In this document: positions 27,841 to 37,319 of the stretch, piece by piece
How positions within the stretch are numbered: position 1 is the first letter of the stretch
How the letters are laid out: every line of letters starts with the position of its first letter
Virus record (IMG/VR): IMGVR_UViG_3300011217_000001
Location: 64,001-128,000 of that record
Source of the DNA: a virus
Taxonomy: Duplodnaviria > Caudoviricetes
DNA: 64,000 nt
Reading direction: 5' to 3' (one strand)
Made by a program: the position numbers and the translations under genes
Notes under the pieces: model-generated
Database searches by the model: none
What the model saw: only the letters and a program-made list of their open reading frames with translations
What the model was told of the DNA's origin: nothing

Positions 27841-30540
27841 TTAGCCGAACATCTCAGCCAGCTTAGCAACGAAGCCGCTAGCCGGAATCTGGACAGTGAA
27901 GCTGCCCGTCAGTCGCATGCTCTTGGCCGAAGCCGTCATCGTCACCGTGGTTGCATTGGAGGCAATGGCGGAATAGACGAACTCATCGCGCGACAGCTCC
28001 ATGCCGTACTTGCGATTGAGCCAGTCCACAACTTCGTAGACGTCCATCGGGCGCACGTCCCCGTCCCAGCGCAGATTCGCGCCAGTGAAGTACGTGGCCA
28101 GATTCAACAGCGGTGCCTGCAGCTCGATGACGCCAGTGTAACGCTCCACCTCTGCCGTATTGCGCGGAGGGATAGCGGTGACCAGCACCTTGGCATTTGC
28201 ACCCACAGCGCCGGTACGAGCGATCGTAGCGTTGTGAGGATACACTGCGGCAGTGTTGTCATCGTTCATGCGACGAATCACCGACCAGCCATTGGGCATT
28301 GCCAGCAGCGGATTGGTGTCTGCTGCCAGATACTTACCGGCCGTGAAACGAGCGGTGGCATCAAAAGCAGACAACGTGGTCTTGGTGATCTGACTGGCCA
28401 ACGTCTTGGAAGGCTCCTGGACGAGGGAGAAGCGGACATTGAGCATGTCCACGTTCTCAGTCACTTCACGCTTCACGCCACCTTCGAACCCAACGGACAT
28501 GTCCGTGGAGAGCTCGTGGAACTTGGTGGAAGACACATCGAACTCCACCATGTCGCCGATCATGTCGTAATCGACTTCATGGCGAGCCAGCGTATCTGCA
28601 CTGAGCACCCGCACTGCCAGCTTGGACAGGTCCGTGACATCGCCAGCCGTGGTGTAGTCATCACCCAGGCGGATGACCGCAAAGTCAGCCATCTTCAACG
28701 CATCGGAGTTGATGGAGGAGATGAACTGGATGGCGTAGCTGGACAGCTGCTCCATCAGCGAGATCATCGCCTGCTGGAGCTCCTTGGCCGACTTGGTGTT
28801 GGTGCTGTCCATGCCAGTTGCCGCGCGCAGGATGCCGGTAGCCAACAGATCCAGTTCCAAGACGCTGTAGTCGTGGATCAGGTAGTTGTTATCGGTCAGC
28901 CAATCCTCGTAGAAGCGTGTGCTGCCAAAGTCCACCGGCACATTGTAGAAGAACCGGTGCGCAAGCGCCTCGGTCATGCCACGGGTCATCTCGTGTTCCT
29001 GCGTCGCGTAAACGTCACGCTGATGCATGGTGTAGTTGTAGATGTCCTGGCAGGCTTCGTAGAAGGTCACGGTGGAGATGATCTTGGATGGGATCATGTC
29101 CGGGTGACCCTCGTAGAGGGCCTCTATGATGTTGTCCTTGATGTACTTGCGATCGACGATGGTCCACAGCTCCGAGGGACGCGGGGCAGGGTCACGCAGG
29201 ATGTGGCGCGCCTCCAGCTTGGGCAGACGAACCAGATCAACACCACGGGCCTTGTTGTAAGCCCACAGGTAAACGATGAACGCATTACGCACCGTCATGC
29301 GTACACCTTCACCCGAGCGCGGATCGGGTACGGTGATTACCGGTGTGAAGCGATCGTTATTGCTCCAGAAGATCCAGTGGTTGAGCAGCGTGTCCGACAT
29401 CGTGAACGGCATGGAATCGGTCAGGTCCAGCATTGCCGATTCCAGCACCTTCGTCGGGAACTTGTCCATCGCAGCAGTCTGGATGGCTTCCTCAATCAAG
29501 GGCTCTTCGTAGCCCTGCACTGCGGCGTTATCCTTTGCCGCAGGCTGCTCTGCATCGAGCATCCGTGCCACGGTACGTACGTCGTCACCGGTCTGGTTGA
29601 AGCCGAAGTTCAACGCAGTGCGGAACAGACGTGCCGCCGGTTCGATGTTCTCAGGCTGGTCTTCCAGATCATGGCGAATGTCCCACTTGGCCAGTGGGAT
29701 ACCACGTTCGGTCAGCAGGTTCTGCAGCAGGTCATCGAAGGTTTCCTGCTTACCCGGATTGCGCTCGATGTAGCGGATGTTACGATACAGCCACAGCATC
29801 TGCTTCTTGGTCAGCGTGTCGATGAACGTGTCCAGCTTACCGTGGCTGGCCAGGAACTCGCGGATGTGGAAGCTGTGGGCATATCGAGTGTGGGCATTGC
29901 CATCGCGGATTGCCATCAGCTTGCCGGGGATGTTCGCACCGATGGCAGCAAACATCGCACCGATGTACATGTCGTCGGTCAGCTGGAAAGCCGGAACCAG
30001 CCAGCGCACGATCACACGGCGCAGCCATGCTTCAAGTTCCGGGATCAGGTTGCGCTCGTTGCTCTCCACCAGCGTCTGGTCGTAGTACAAGATCGTACCG
30101 TCAGCGCAGTTGTAGATGGTGGAGAAGTCCTCGGCGTCGGAGTCGTTGGGCGTGAACCCAGCGGTGAGATCGATCGGATTGAGGATGCCGTTGATCAAGC
30201 TGACCTGCCGGGGATACTTGGCGCGCAGCTCCTTGTAGTAGTCCCCATGGGTGGAGTATTCGCGCTTGGTGACGCGATGCTCGGCCAAACTTTCCTTGGT
30301 GAACTCTATTCTTTGAAGCGTGTCCAGCGAGGTGACATACATCAGTTTGTCCGCTGGATGATATTCGCCGGCCATGTTCTTGTAGTAGCGCCAGCTACTG
30401 GGATCTTCGTCCCGTACTTCGTAACCCAGTTCACGAAGGTACTGATTGATCGCCTCAGCGGCGTCAGCGGACTTGATGACCAGCGAGCGCGCCAGAGCGA
30501 GCACATCGTCGACGTAAAGTTTGTAATACGCAGTGGACAC
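27841..30540 (-). CDS. Baseplate/virion structural protein (phiKZ gp128-like)
   Basis: Start moved to GTG 30540 (GGGAGG RBS). WRYY.N.AGEYH..D..M.V.SLDT, LWLYRNI.YI..N.GK and TKVLES motifs; divergent from the portal gene. Confidence 0.8.
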   Translation of the reverse strand: MSTAYYKLYVDDVLALARSLVIKSADAAEAINQYLRELGYEVRDEDPSSWRYYKNMAGEYHPADKLMYVTSLDTLQRIEFTKESLAEHRVTKREYSTHGDYYKELRAKYPRQVSLINGILNPIDLTAGFTPNDSDAEDFSTIYNCADGTILYYDQTLVESNERNLIPELEAWLRRVIVRWLVPAFQLTDDMYIGAMFAAIGANIPGKLMAIRDGNAHTRYAHSFHIREFLASHGKLDTFIDTLTKKQMLWLYRNIRYIERNPGKQETFDDLLQNLLTERGIPLAKWDIRHDLEDQPENIEPAARLFRTALNFGFNQTGDDVRTVARMLDAEQPAAKDNAAVQGYEEPLIEEAIQTAAMDKFPTKVLESAMLDLTDSMPFTMSDTLLNHWIFWSNNDRFTPVITVPDPRSGEGVRMTVRNAFIVYLWAYNKARGVDLVRLPKLEARHILRDPAPRPSELWTIVDRKYIKDNIIEALYEGHPDMIPSKIISTVTFYEACQDIYNYTMHQRDVYATQEHEMTRGMTEALAHRFFYNVPVDFGSTRFYEDWLTDNNYLIHDYSVLELDLLATGILRAATGMDSTNTKSAKELQQAMISLMEQLSSYAIQFISSINSDALKMADFAVIRLGDDYTTAGDVTDLSKLAVRVLSADTLARHEVDYDMIGDMVEFDVSSTKFHELSTDMSVGFEGGVKREVTENVDMLNVRFSLVQEPSKTLASQITKTTLSAFDATARFTAGKYLAADTNPLLAMPNGWSVIRRMNDDNTAAVYPHNATIARTGAVGANAKVLVTAIPPRNTAEVERYTGVIELQAPLLNLATYFTGANLRWDGDVRPMDVYEVVDWLNRKYGMELSRDEFVYSAIASNATTVTMTASAKSMRLTGSFTVQIPASGFVAKLAEMFG

Positions 30541-30584
30541 CGCTGCGTCCTCCCTTCTTAAATGTTTGTGTACTGGAGTGGATA

Positions 30585-33500
30585 ATGAGCAACCTGCCGC
30601 CCGTCTTTTCGAAGGACAGCGATCGCCGTAAGGCAATGCCGAAGATCGGGTCTTTGAAAAACAGCCCGCAGCTCGGTTCGTTGGTCTCCAAGCTGGTGTA
30701 CGCCAACAGGGAAGTTCAGAACGGCAGCCTGCACCGCCGTCGTGAAGTGAACCTGCCTGGCGATCAGTTCTTCACCAAGCTCAGCGACAACACCGCAACC
30801 AATGTCACCGATTCGGCCAACCTGATGCAGCTGCTGCCGGATCTGCGTTTGAACATGCAGATCATGGTCAGCTCGATCCTGTCCCCGAAGGACATGGTCA
30901 ACGCGAAGTTGAACTATCGCGTCCAGGATGGCATCTTCGACAGCGAGCTTTCCGGCCTGTTGCTGGACGTGGTTTCTACCCACTTCTCGCAAGTCTATAA
31001 GATGGACAGCCGTCTTCCGACATTGTTGGAGGACATCCTGTATCACCGTGGTTCGCGCCCGATGATCATCCTGTCCGAGTCGACGATCGACGACGTCATC
31101 AACAACCCGACCCGCGCTTCCATGGAGTCCGTCAAGATCGCCGTGGAAGGCGCTGACAGCCAGTGTCTGGGTTGGCTGGGCCAACCTCCGGAGAAGTCCT
31201 CAGAGGCCGCCAAGGGCAGCGCTACGGCCGCTGGCGTGGGCTTTGCCATGGAGTCGTTCGGATCGGCCGCTGGTACGGCGCAGGTGCGCTACAACCCGAC
31301 CTTCCAACCCTTCAAGTCGACGGCTGAAAAGCCTACCGGCAAGCTGTTCATCAGTGACAATCCGGAGATGCTGAAGATGCCCGCGCTTGCGCAGGCAGCG
31401 ATCCATCACCGCAGCGATGCTATCCTCAAGCGTCGCAACAATCGCAAGGGTCTGCTGAACCTGCCCAAGGTCACCGTTGCTACCGAGTCTATCGGTGAGG
31501 ACGGCAAGCCCACGTTGCAGGAAGTCCAGTCGGCTCTGTACAGTCAGCGTCGTTACGCCGCGATGCCGGTGCAGACGCTGTACACCCGTGACCAACTGAA
31601 GACCAAGACCAAGGGTCATCCGCTGGTCATCGAAGCGCCGTCGGAAGCTGTGATCCCAGTGTTCGTGCCGTCTGATCCGTCCGATCACATCGGCTACTTC
31701 CTGGTCTGTGACGAACGTGGTCACCTGGTCAACAAGGCCACGCAGGACGACTACTACAACCAGCTCAACCAGAACGTCAACGCGAACAACGACATGATCA
31801 GTCAGCTGATCCAGTCGACGCATCGTGGCACGTTCGGAATGAAGGGCAACAACGAGATCGACGGCGAGTCGCTCCAGCGTGCCTACTCGGATATGGTTGA
31901 GCAGAACATGCTTGCCCGTCTGCGTGCTGGCGCATGCGGTGACAACGTGACCATCGCTCGTCCGGAGGAAGTCTTCCGGATCATGCTTGCTCGTACGCTG
32001 GCTAACCAGGACACGCGTCTGCTGTACGTCCCGGCTGAAATGGTGACCTACTTCGCCATCGACTACAACAAGTTCGGCATCGGTCGTTCGCTGCTGGAAG
32101 ACACCAAGATCCTCGCAGGCATGCGCGCGATCTTGATGTTCGCCAACACGATGGGTTCGCTGCGTAACTCGGTGGGTCGTACGAAGCTGAACATCAAGCT
32201 CGATGAACGTGACGATGATCCGGTGGACACCGTCGAGTTCATCATCGGCGAGTTCTCCAAGAACCGTCAGCAGGCTTACCCGCTGGGCGCTTCCAATCCG
32301 TTGGACATCATCTCCTTCCTGCAGAACGCGGGTGTGGAAGTGGTGGTCAGTGGTAACGATGGCTACCCGAACACGGAAGTCAACGCAGAGGACTTCGCAG
32401 CACAGGTCAACAAGCCGGATCTGGATCTGGACAACCTGCTGCGCAAGAACCACTCGCTGTCACTGGGTATCCCGGTGGAGATGGTGGACAACGCCCAGGG
32501 TCCGGAGTTTGCGACCACGGCAGTGACCAACAACCTGCTGCTGACCAAGCGCGTGATGAAGACGCAGGAACAGTTCTGCCCGCATGTCACCGACTTCGTG
32601 CAGAAGTACACCTACAACTCCGGCACGCTGCTGGATCGTCTGCGCAAGATCATCATCGACAACAAGGCCAAGCTGGGTGACGAGGTTCGTCAGTACATCG
32701 CGTCCCACGGTCAGGAGCTGAACGTCGACAACGTGGTCAAGCTGTTCATTGATGCCATCATCTGTGAACTGCCGTCTCCGGACACGACCAAGGTCAAGGT
32801 TCAGGTCGAGGCTTACAAGGAGTATCGCGAGGCGCTGGACGAAGTGCTGCCGGCCTACATCAGCAAGGAAATGTTCGATGCGGGCAATGACCAGAACACC
32901 GACGTTGCCTCGGCCATCGAAGGACTGGTGGCGCTGACCAAGGCTCACTACCTGCGCCAGTACCTGCGTACCAACAACATCATGCCGGAACTGTTCGACC
33001 TGATGGAGCTGGACGAGAAGGGTGTTGGCAAGGTGGACATCTACGAGTCCTCGGCCGAGCACATGAAGGTGATGTACAAGGTCTTCGGCAAGTACATCGA
33101 CAAGATCCAGAAGCTTGTCGAGAAGCGTGAACCTGAAGACGAAACTCCGCCGGATGACACCCCGCCGGGTGGCGAGGAACCGGGCGCTGGCACCGACGAA
33201 TTCGGTATGGATACCGGAACCGAGGATAACCCTGACGAAACTCAGGATACCGGTGAGGAGGAGGAACAGCAGGAGGACGAAGGGCAGGAAGAAGAGGAGC
33301 AGGAGGAGGACACTGGTGAGGAGGAAGAGGCAGCGGATGATACCACCGATGCTGCTGACACCGGCGAAGCAGAGGAGGAAGCCTCCACTGAATCGATCGA
33401 CAACCTCTACCAGGAAGCCGACGATCGCACCTACTTCTACGATGCTGTGAGTCGTCCGATCAACCCGCTGCTGCGCGCTGCCCACAACATCGAGCCTGAA

Positions 33501-33722
33501 CTGATCGAAGTGAGGGACATGCGCTTCAACCTGCAGCAGGCTGGTTCGCTCTCCCCGCGTCTGGTCACTCGTGCCGACTACAGCTACCCGCTGATCGGCG
33601 TGCGTGAGGAAGATGGCCGTGTGGTCATCCTCGATGGCATGAAGCGTCTTGCTCATGCCAACACCGATGGCGCCTTCCGTCTGCCCGTCAAGCTCGTCTC
33701 GATGGAACAGGCCAAGCGTTAA
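30585..33722 (+). CDS. Portal protein (phiKZ gp129-like) with an acidic linker and a C-terminal ParB/Srx-like extension
   Basis: GGAG RBS. QLLPDL...I.VSSILSPKD, P.EAVIPV..P.DP.DHIGYF, Y.A.DY...G.G.SLLE and EFAT motifs; position divergent from the gp128-like gene. Confidence 0.85.
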   Translation: MSNLPPVFSKDSDRRKAMPKIGSLKNSPQLGSLVSKLVYANREVQNGSLHRRREVNLPGDQFFTKLSDNTATNVTDSANLMQLLPDLRLNMQIMVSSILSPKDMVNAKLNYRVQDGIFDSELSGLLLDVVSTHFSQVYKMDSRLPTLLEDILYHRGSRPMIILSESTIDDVINNPTRASMESVKIAVEGADSQCLGWLGQPPEKSSEAAKGSATAAGVGFAMESFGSAAGTAQVRYNPTFQPFKSTAEKPTGKLFISDNPEMLKMPALAQAAIHHRSDAILKRRNNRKGLLNLPKVTVATESIGEDGKPTLQEVQSALYSQRRYAAMPVQTLYTRDQLKTKTKGHPLVIEAPSEAVIPVFVPSDPSDHIGYFLVCDERGHLVNKATQDDYYNQLNQNVNANNDMISQLIQSTHRGTFGMKGNNEIDGESLQRAYSDMVEQNMLARLRAGACGDNVTIARPEEVFRIMLARTLANQDTRLLYVPAEMVTYFAIDYNKFGIGRSLLEDTKILAGMRAILMFANTMGSLRNSVGRTKLNIKLDERDDDPVDTVEFIIGEFSKNRQQAYPLGASNPLDIISFLQNAGVEVVVSGNDGYPNTEVNAEDFAAQVNKPDLDLDNLLRKNHSLSLGIPVEMVDNAQGPEFATTAVTNNLLLTKRVMKTQEQFCPHVTDFVQKYTYNSGTLLDRLRKIIIDNKAKLGDEVRQYIASHGQELNVDNVVKLFIDAIICELPSPDTTKVKVQVEAYKEYREALDEVLPAYISKEMFDAGNDQNTDVASAIEGLVALTKAHYLRQYLRTNNIMPELFDLMELDEKGVGKVDIYESSAEHMKVMYKVFGKYIDKIQKLVEKREPEDETPPDDTPPGGEEPGAGTDEFGMDTGTEDNPDETQDTGEEEEQQEDEGQEEEEQEEDTGEEEEAADDTTDAADTGEAEEEASTESIDNLYQEADDRTYFYDAVSRPINPLLRAAHNIEPELIEVRDMRFNLQQAGSLSPRLVTRADYSYPLIGVREEDGRVVILDGMKRLAHANTDGAFRLPVKLVSMEQAKR

Positions 33723-33730
33723 TAGGAACT

Positions 33731-33760
33731 GGGAGGCCCTTCGGGGCCTCCCTCTATGTC
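33731..33760 (+). terminator. Hairpin after the portal gene
   Basis: GGGAGGCCC-ttcg-GGGCCTCCC followed by TCTATGTC. Confidence 0.7.
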
Positions 33761-33786
33761 CTGAAGACAAAAAAAAAGAAGACGGT

Positions 33787-33820
33787 AAAAAAGAGCCCAC
33801 CCCCCGGATAGGAGTGGGCT
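33787..33820 (-). terminator. Intrinsic terminator of the 33854 gene
   Basis: AGCCCAC...GTGGGCT stem preceded on the + strand by A-runs (U-tracts on the - strand). Confidence 0.65.
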
Positions 33821-33853
33821 AAAGCGCCTATGTCACCAGGCGATATGAAGTTG

Positions 33854-34852
33854 TTAGGCGATCACGGTCTTGTCGTCGGTCAGATCAGCCAACGTCAGTT
33901 GCACGAACAGATGGTGCGCAACGTTGTTGGCGATACGACCATCATGTCCGCCGATCTCGCGCAGCTTGTTGGCAGCTGCAGTGAACTCGTTGGCCATCAG
34001 CTCATCGTACATGGCCTGGGTATGGAACGGAGTGAGGTCACTGTTGGAACCACTGACCAGATCGTTCAGGCTCAGCACGTACTTGCCGATGAGGTCATTG
34101 AGCAACTTGGTACGGCCTGCCAGCTTGTCGGACTTTGCCAACTTGGCAGGTTCTGCCACAGCACGAGCGATCAGGTCGTTGTAGTCGTCGACGTCGAGGA
34201 TGCTGTCCGGGTTGTCGGTATCCTCCTCGAAGAAGGAGTAGACCCAGTCACCCTCGGTACGGGAGTAGGTGATGGTGAAGCGGATGCCGTCGTTACGCAG
34301 CGCTTCGTTGAGCTTGACACGCAGCGGCAGGTTGATCTGGTCCAGCACGATGTCATGCATGCCACTCGGGACAGTGTAGACGGTCATGAAGAACGTAGTC
34401 TCACGTTCGCCCAGCTCGTCCTTCTTCTTGATCGTAATCGGAGTAATCAGGCCACTCTGGATGCGATCGACAACGCTGATCACGTTGTCATACAGCGGCT
34501 GCCAGTGGACTTCCAGCATGCCAAGGATGATCTTGGCCTGTTCGATGGACTGCACATCCGGATCGAGGTGAGCACGCATGTACAGGCCGGACAGGACCAG
34601 CTCCTGACGGATGGCGAAGGTTTCGTCTTCGGTGGGTTCGGTCTGGAACTCCACGGCAACGAATTCGCCAGGCAGACGCTCCTGCGCCTCCTCGGGACTG
34701 ACGACCAGACGGGTCTCCAGCTTGCGGTATTCCATCCGGTCGTTGAAATGGGCCAGACGGGCACCAATGGTGGCCATCAGGGGAGTACGATCGTAGACGG
34801 TGTTGGTATCGTCTTCGAGGGAGAACATCGGGGTATTCACGGACAACTCCAT
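33854..34852 (-). CDS. Hypothetical, probably virion-associated protein
   Basis: 332-aa acidic ORF with phage codon use. The true start may be GTG at 34840, which has GGAG 6 nt upstream. Confidence 0.75.
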   Translation of the reverse strand: MELSVNTPMFSLEDDTNTVYDRTPLMATIGARLAHFNDRMEYRKLETRLVVSPEEAQERLPGEFVAVEFQTEPTEDETFAIRQELVLSGLYMRAHLDPDVQSIEQAKIILGMLEVHWQPLYDNVISVVDRIQSGLITPITIKKKDELGERETTFFMTVYTVPSGMHDIVLDQINLPLRVKLNEALRNDGIRFTITYSRTEGDWVYSFFEEDTDNPDSILDVDDYNDLIARAVAEPAKLAKSDKLAGRTKLLNDLIGKYVLSLNDLVSGSNSDLTPFHTQAMYDELMANEFTAAANKLREIGGHDGRIANNVAHHLFVQLTLADLTDDKTVIA

Positions 34853-34865
34853 TTAGTAGAAGGCA

Positions 34866-35070
34866 TAAAAGCAAACCCCCGCCACCGTCGCAGAACGGGG
34901 CGGGGGATATGCAGGTTGTAACGTGGGAGGATTAGTCGCAGCGCCCCGGTGGAAGGTGGGGCGGTGCAAACGTCCTACTGGTCAACCGTCGTTAACCAGT
35001 GTAGCTGTGGCTACTGTCACGTCAGGAGCTTTGGCACTAGGAAGGAACCTTAGCTCCACATTATTGCATA
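34866..35070 (-). ncRNA. Candidate structured non-coding RNA with a terminal terminator hairpin
   Basis: Six or seven nested stems found by eye. G-U pairs form only on the - strand. TATG at the 5' end and a GC hairpin plus U-rich tail at the 3' end. Confidence 0.55.
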
Positions 35071-35088
35071 CTGCAGTTTCTTTTTACA

Positions 35089-37293
35089 TCAGCCCATGAT
35101 GTCGACAGGCGACGGCGACAGCACGTAGTGGCTGTTGTTGAAGAAGCCGACCTGCAGATCGTACACCACGTTGTCCTCGGTCACGAGGTAGCGGTGGCAG
35201 AACTCACCACCCACGATCGCCGTGCGCTGAAGCAGACGATCCAGCGAGCTGTGCAGGGCCGGGTACAGCTTCTCCGACACCACACCGCCATTGACCAGGG
35301 ACGGACCCATGTCCGCACTGGACCAGCTCAACAGCGTCACCGACTGGCGACGAGCGAAGACCAGCCAATGCATGCCGGCGCCGGGCTTGCCGTACTCTTC
35401 GGTGTAACGAGCCAGCTCGTCATCCTTGAGCACGCGCATCACGGCGTTGATCACTTCATCGACCTTGGAGTTCAGCAGGTTGGCAGCCGCCACACCGACA
35501 GCCGGCTTGGCCTGCATCGTCTTCAGCAGATCACCGAAGTCGTCAGCTGCGGTATCGATGGTCCAGCTCAGACCCATCGAGTTCTTCAGGACGTAGTTGA
35601 TGCGGGCGGTCAGAGCATCGTTGAGCTGATGCCACAGACGGACCGGCACATCTTCCTGACCCTGCAGCTGGCTGAACTTGGCCAGTGCGGCCTGCACGGT
35701 CTTTTCCTTGCCGATGGCCAGGAACGTACCGATCAGGTTGGCCTCGGTCAAGTGCGGGGTGAGGATGTCGATGTAGAACTCCTTGGGAGTGTCTTCACCG
35801 TCGTTCTCACCGTCCACCGACACCACTTCGGTCATTGCGATGGCCTGAGCCACCGACATGGCCGGAACCGTGGTTGCAACGTCGCCGATATCCATGTCGG
35901 CGCCGAACACCAGCTGGTTGAAGGCGTCTTCATCACCCTCTTCCGCACCTTCCGGCTTGACCGGCTCGGTGCCGACCATCTTTTCGCCCTTCTTGTGCAT
36001 GTTGGCCACCAGATCGTAGCGGGGATCCACACGACCCTGGCGACGCTGATGCTGCGCCTTGGTCTTGAGGTTGTCGTTGGTTTCCAGGTCCAGGTAGTCC
36101 ATGTCTTCGTTGCGCTCTTTCACGATTTCCTCGACACGACCATCCGGATAGATCCGGTGGAACTTGACGAAGAGGTTGGGGTCGTAGACCTGGGCGAACG
36201 GCTGCTCAGGGCTGAAGGTCTTCTTGTAGGTGCTCAGCACTTCCGGAATGACGAAGGAACCGTCTTCCAGATCGACGCGGTCATAGGGACGACCATTGCG
36301 GATGTTCTCGCGCAGGGTTGCATCCTTGTCCGATTCTGCTGCGCTCACGGTACGACCGGCACTACGATCGAACAGCTTCGGCATCGCCGGACCCTTCTTG
36401 GCGTCAGCCTTGCGCTGTGCTTCGTGGTTCTGGTAGTTGCTACCACGCGGCGAGGCATGCAGCTCTTCTTCCACCGCATGCAGGTCGTTGCCAGAGACCT
36501 CTTCCACTGCACTGGAGGAGAACTCACGGCTGCGATCTTCGCGCGGAGTGTCGCGACGGCTACGGCGATCTTCACGATCTGCACGATCGTTCTTGCTGTT
36601 GCTGGCACGAACCGCGCCAGCCATGCCGCCCCGACGGGTTGCCGTTGCTTCTTCTTCTTCATCGCGACGACGCCCACCGCTGTCACGATAGCCACGGGTG
36701 CCGTTGCCATGGTAACCGCCATCTTCACGACCACGGCCACGACCGCCACCACGACGATCATCACGGTCATCGCGGTCACGGCCGCGACCACCACGGCGAC
36801 TGCCACGGTTGAAGTCTTCGATGTCAGCGATCAGATCACGGCCATCTTCCATGGCATCATCGAGTTCACGACCCATGCGACCATCGACGTACTCATCCAG
36901 CTCGCGGTACTTCTCCACGTACAACGCCATGGTGAAGCGCACCACGATCTTGGTAGCCTTGCGCAGGGCCTCGTCGGCCTCCATGCGCTCGCCTTCGTAG
37001 AAGAAGAAGAAGGCTTCGGCAACCGACCCGACCAGACGGTCGTAGTCTTCGTTGTCGAATTCCTGGTCGGCCATCATGTTGTACAGGAAGTTGCGCAGCT
37101 CGTGACGGCCGTACTCTTCCTGCAGCTCACGCAGCACCGTGCCGGCGATCAGCGGCAGGTCGCGCTCGATGGCGCCGGGGACTTGGATATTGGGGATGTA
37201 GCGGTCCGGGATGCGCTCGGGCAGTCCACGGACGAAATAGCCTTTGTCGACAAACTCCGGGTCGACGGGAAGGCGGGAACGAGAACGTGACAT
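35089..37293 (-). CDS. Conserved phiKZ-like protein with a central RG/RD-rich disordered region
   Basis: 734-aa ORF directly downstream of the nvRNAP subunit gene; GGAG RBS; RGGRGRDRDDRDDRRGGGRGRGR tract. Confidence 0.8.
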   Translation of the reverse strand: MSRSRSRLPVDPEFVDKGYFVRGLPERIPDRYIPNIQVPGAIERDLPLIAGTVLRELQEEYGRHELRNFLYNMMADQEFDNEDYDRLVGSVAEAFFFFYEGERMEADEALRKATKIVVRFTMALYVEKYRELDEYVDGRMGRELDDAMEDGRDLIADIEDFNRGSRRGGRGRDRDDRDDRRGGGRGRGREDGGYHGNGTRGYRDSGGRRRDEEEEATATRRGGMAGAVRASNSKNDRADREDRRSRRDTPREDRSREFSSSAVEEVSGNDLHAVEEELHASPRGSNYQNHEAQRKADAKKGPAMPKLFDRSAGRTVSAAESDKDATLRENIRNGRPYDRVDLEDGSFVIPEVLSTYKKTFSPEQPFAQVYDPNLFVKFHRIYPDGRVEEIVKERNEDMDYLDLETNDNLKTKAQHQRRQGRVDPRYDLVANMHKKGEKMVGTEPVKPEGAEEGDEDAFNQLVFGADMDIGDVATTVPAMSVAQAIAMTEVVSVDGENDGEDTPKEFYIDILTPHLTEANLIGTFLAIGKEKTVQAALAKFSQLQGQEDVPVRLWHQLNDALTARINYVLKNSMGLSWTIDTAADDFGDLLKTMQAKPAVGVAAANLLNSKVDEVINAVMRVLKDDELARYTEEYGKPGAGMHWLVFARRQSVTLLSWSSADMGPSLVNGGVVSEKLYPALHSSLDRLLQRTAIVGGEFCHRYLVTEDNVVYDLQVGFFNNSHYVLSPSPVDIMG

Positions 37294-37319
37294 TTTTGGC
37301 TTACTCCGCAGTTCTTGGC

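Noticed and set aside
34908-35070. tRNA or hammerhead ribozyme identity for the structured spacer
   Set aside because: There is no T-loop/D-loop consensus or CCA end, and the arms are too long. CUGACGUGA resembles CUGANGA but is base-paired and lacks a correctly placed GAAA.
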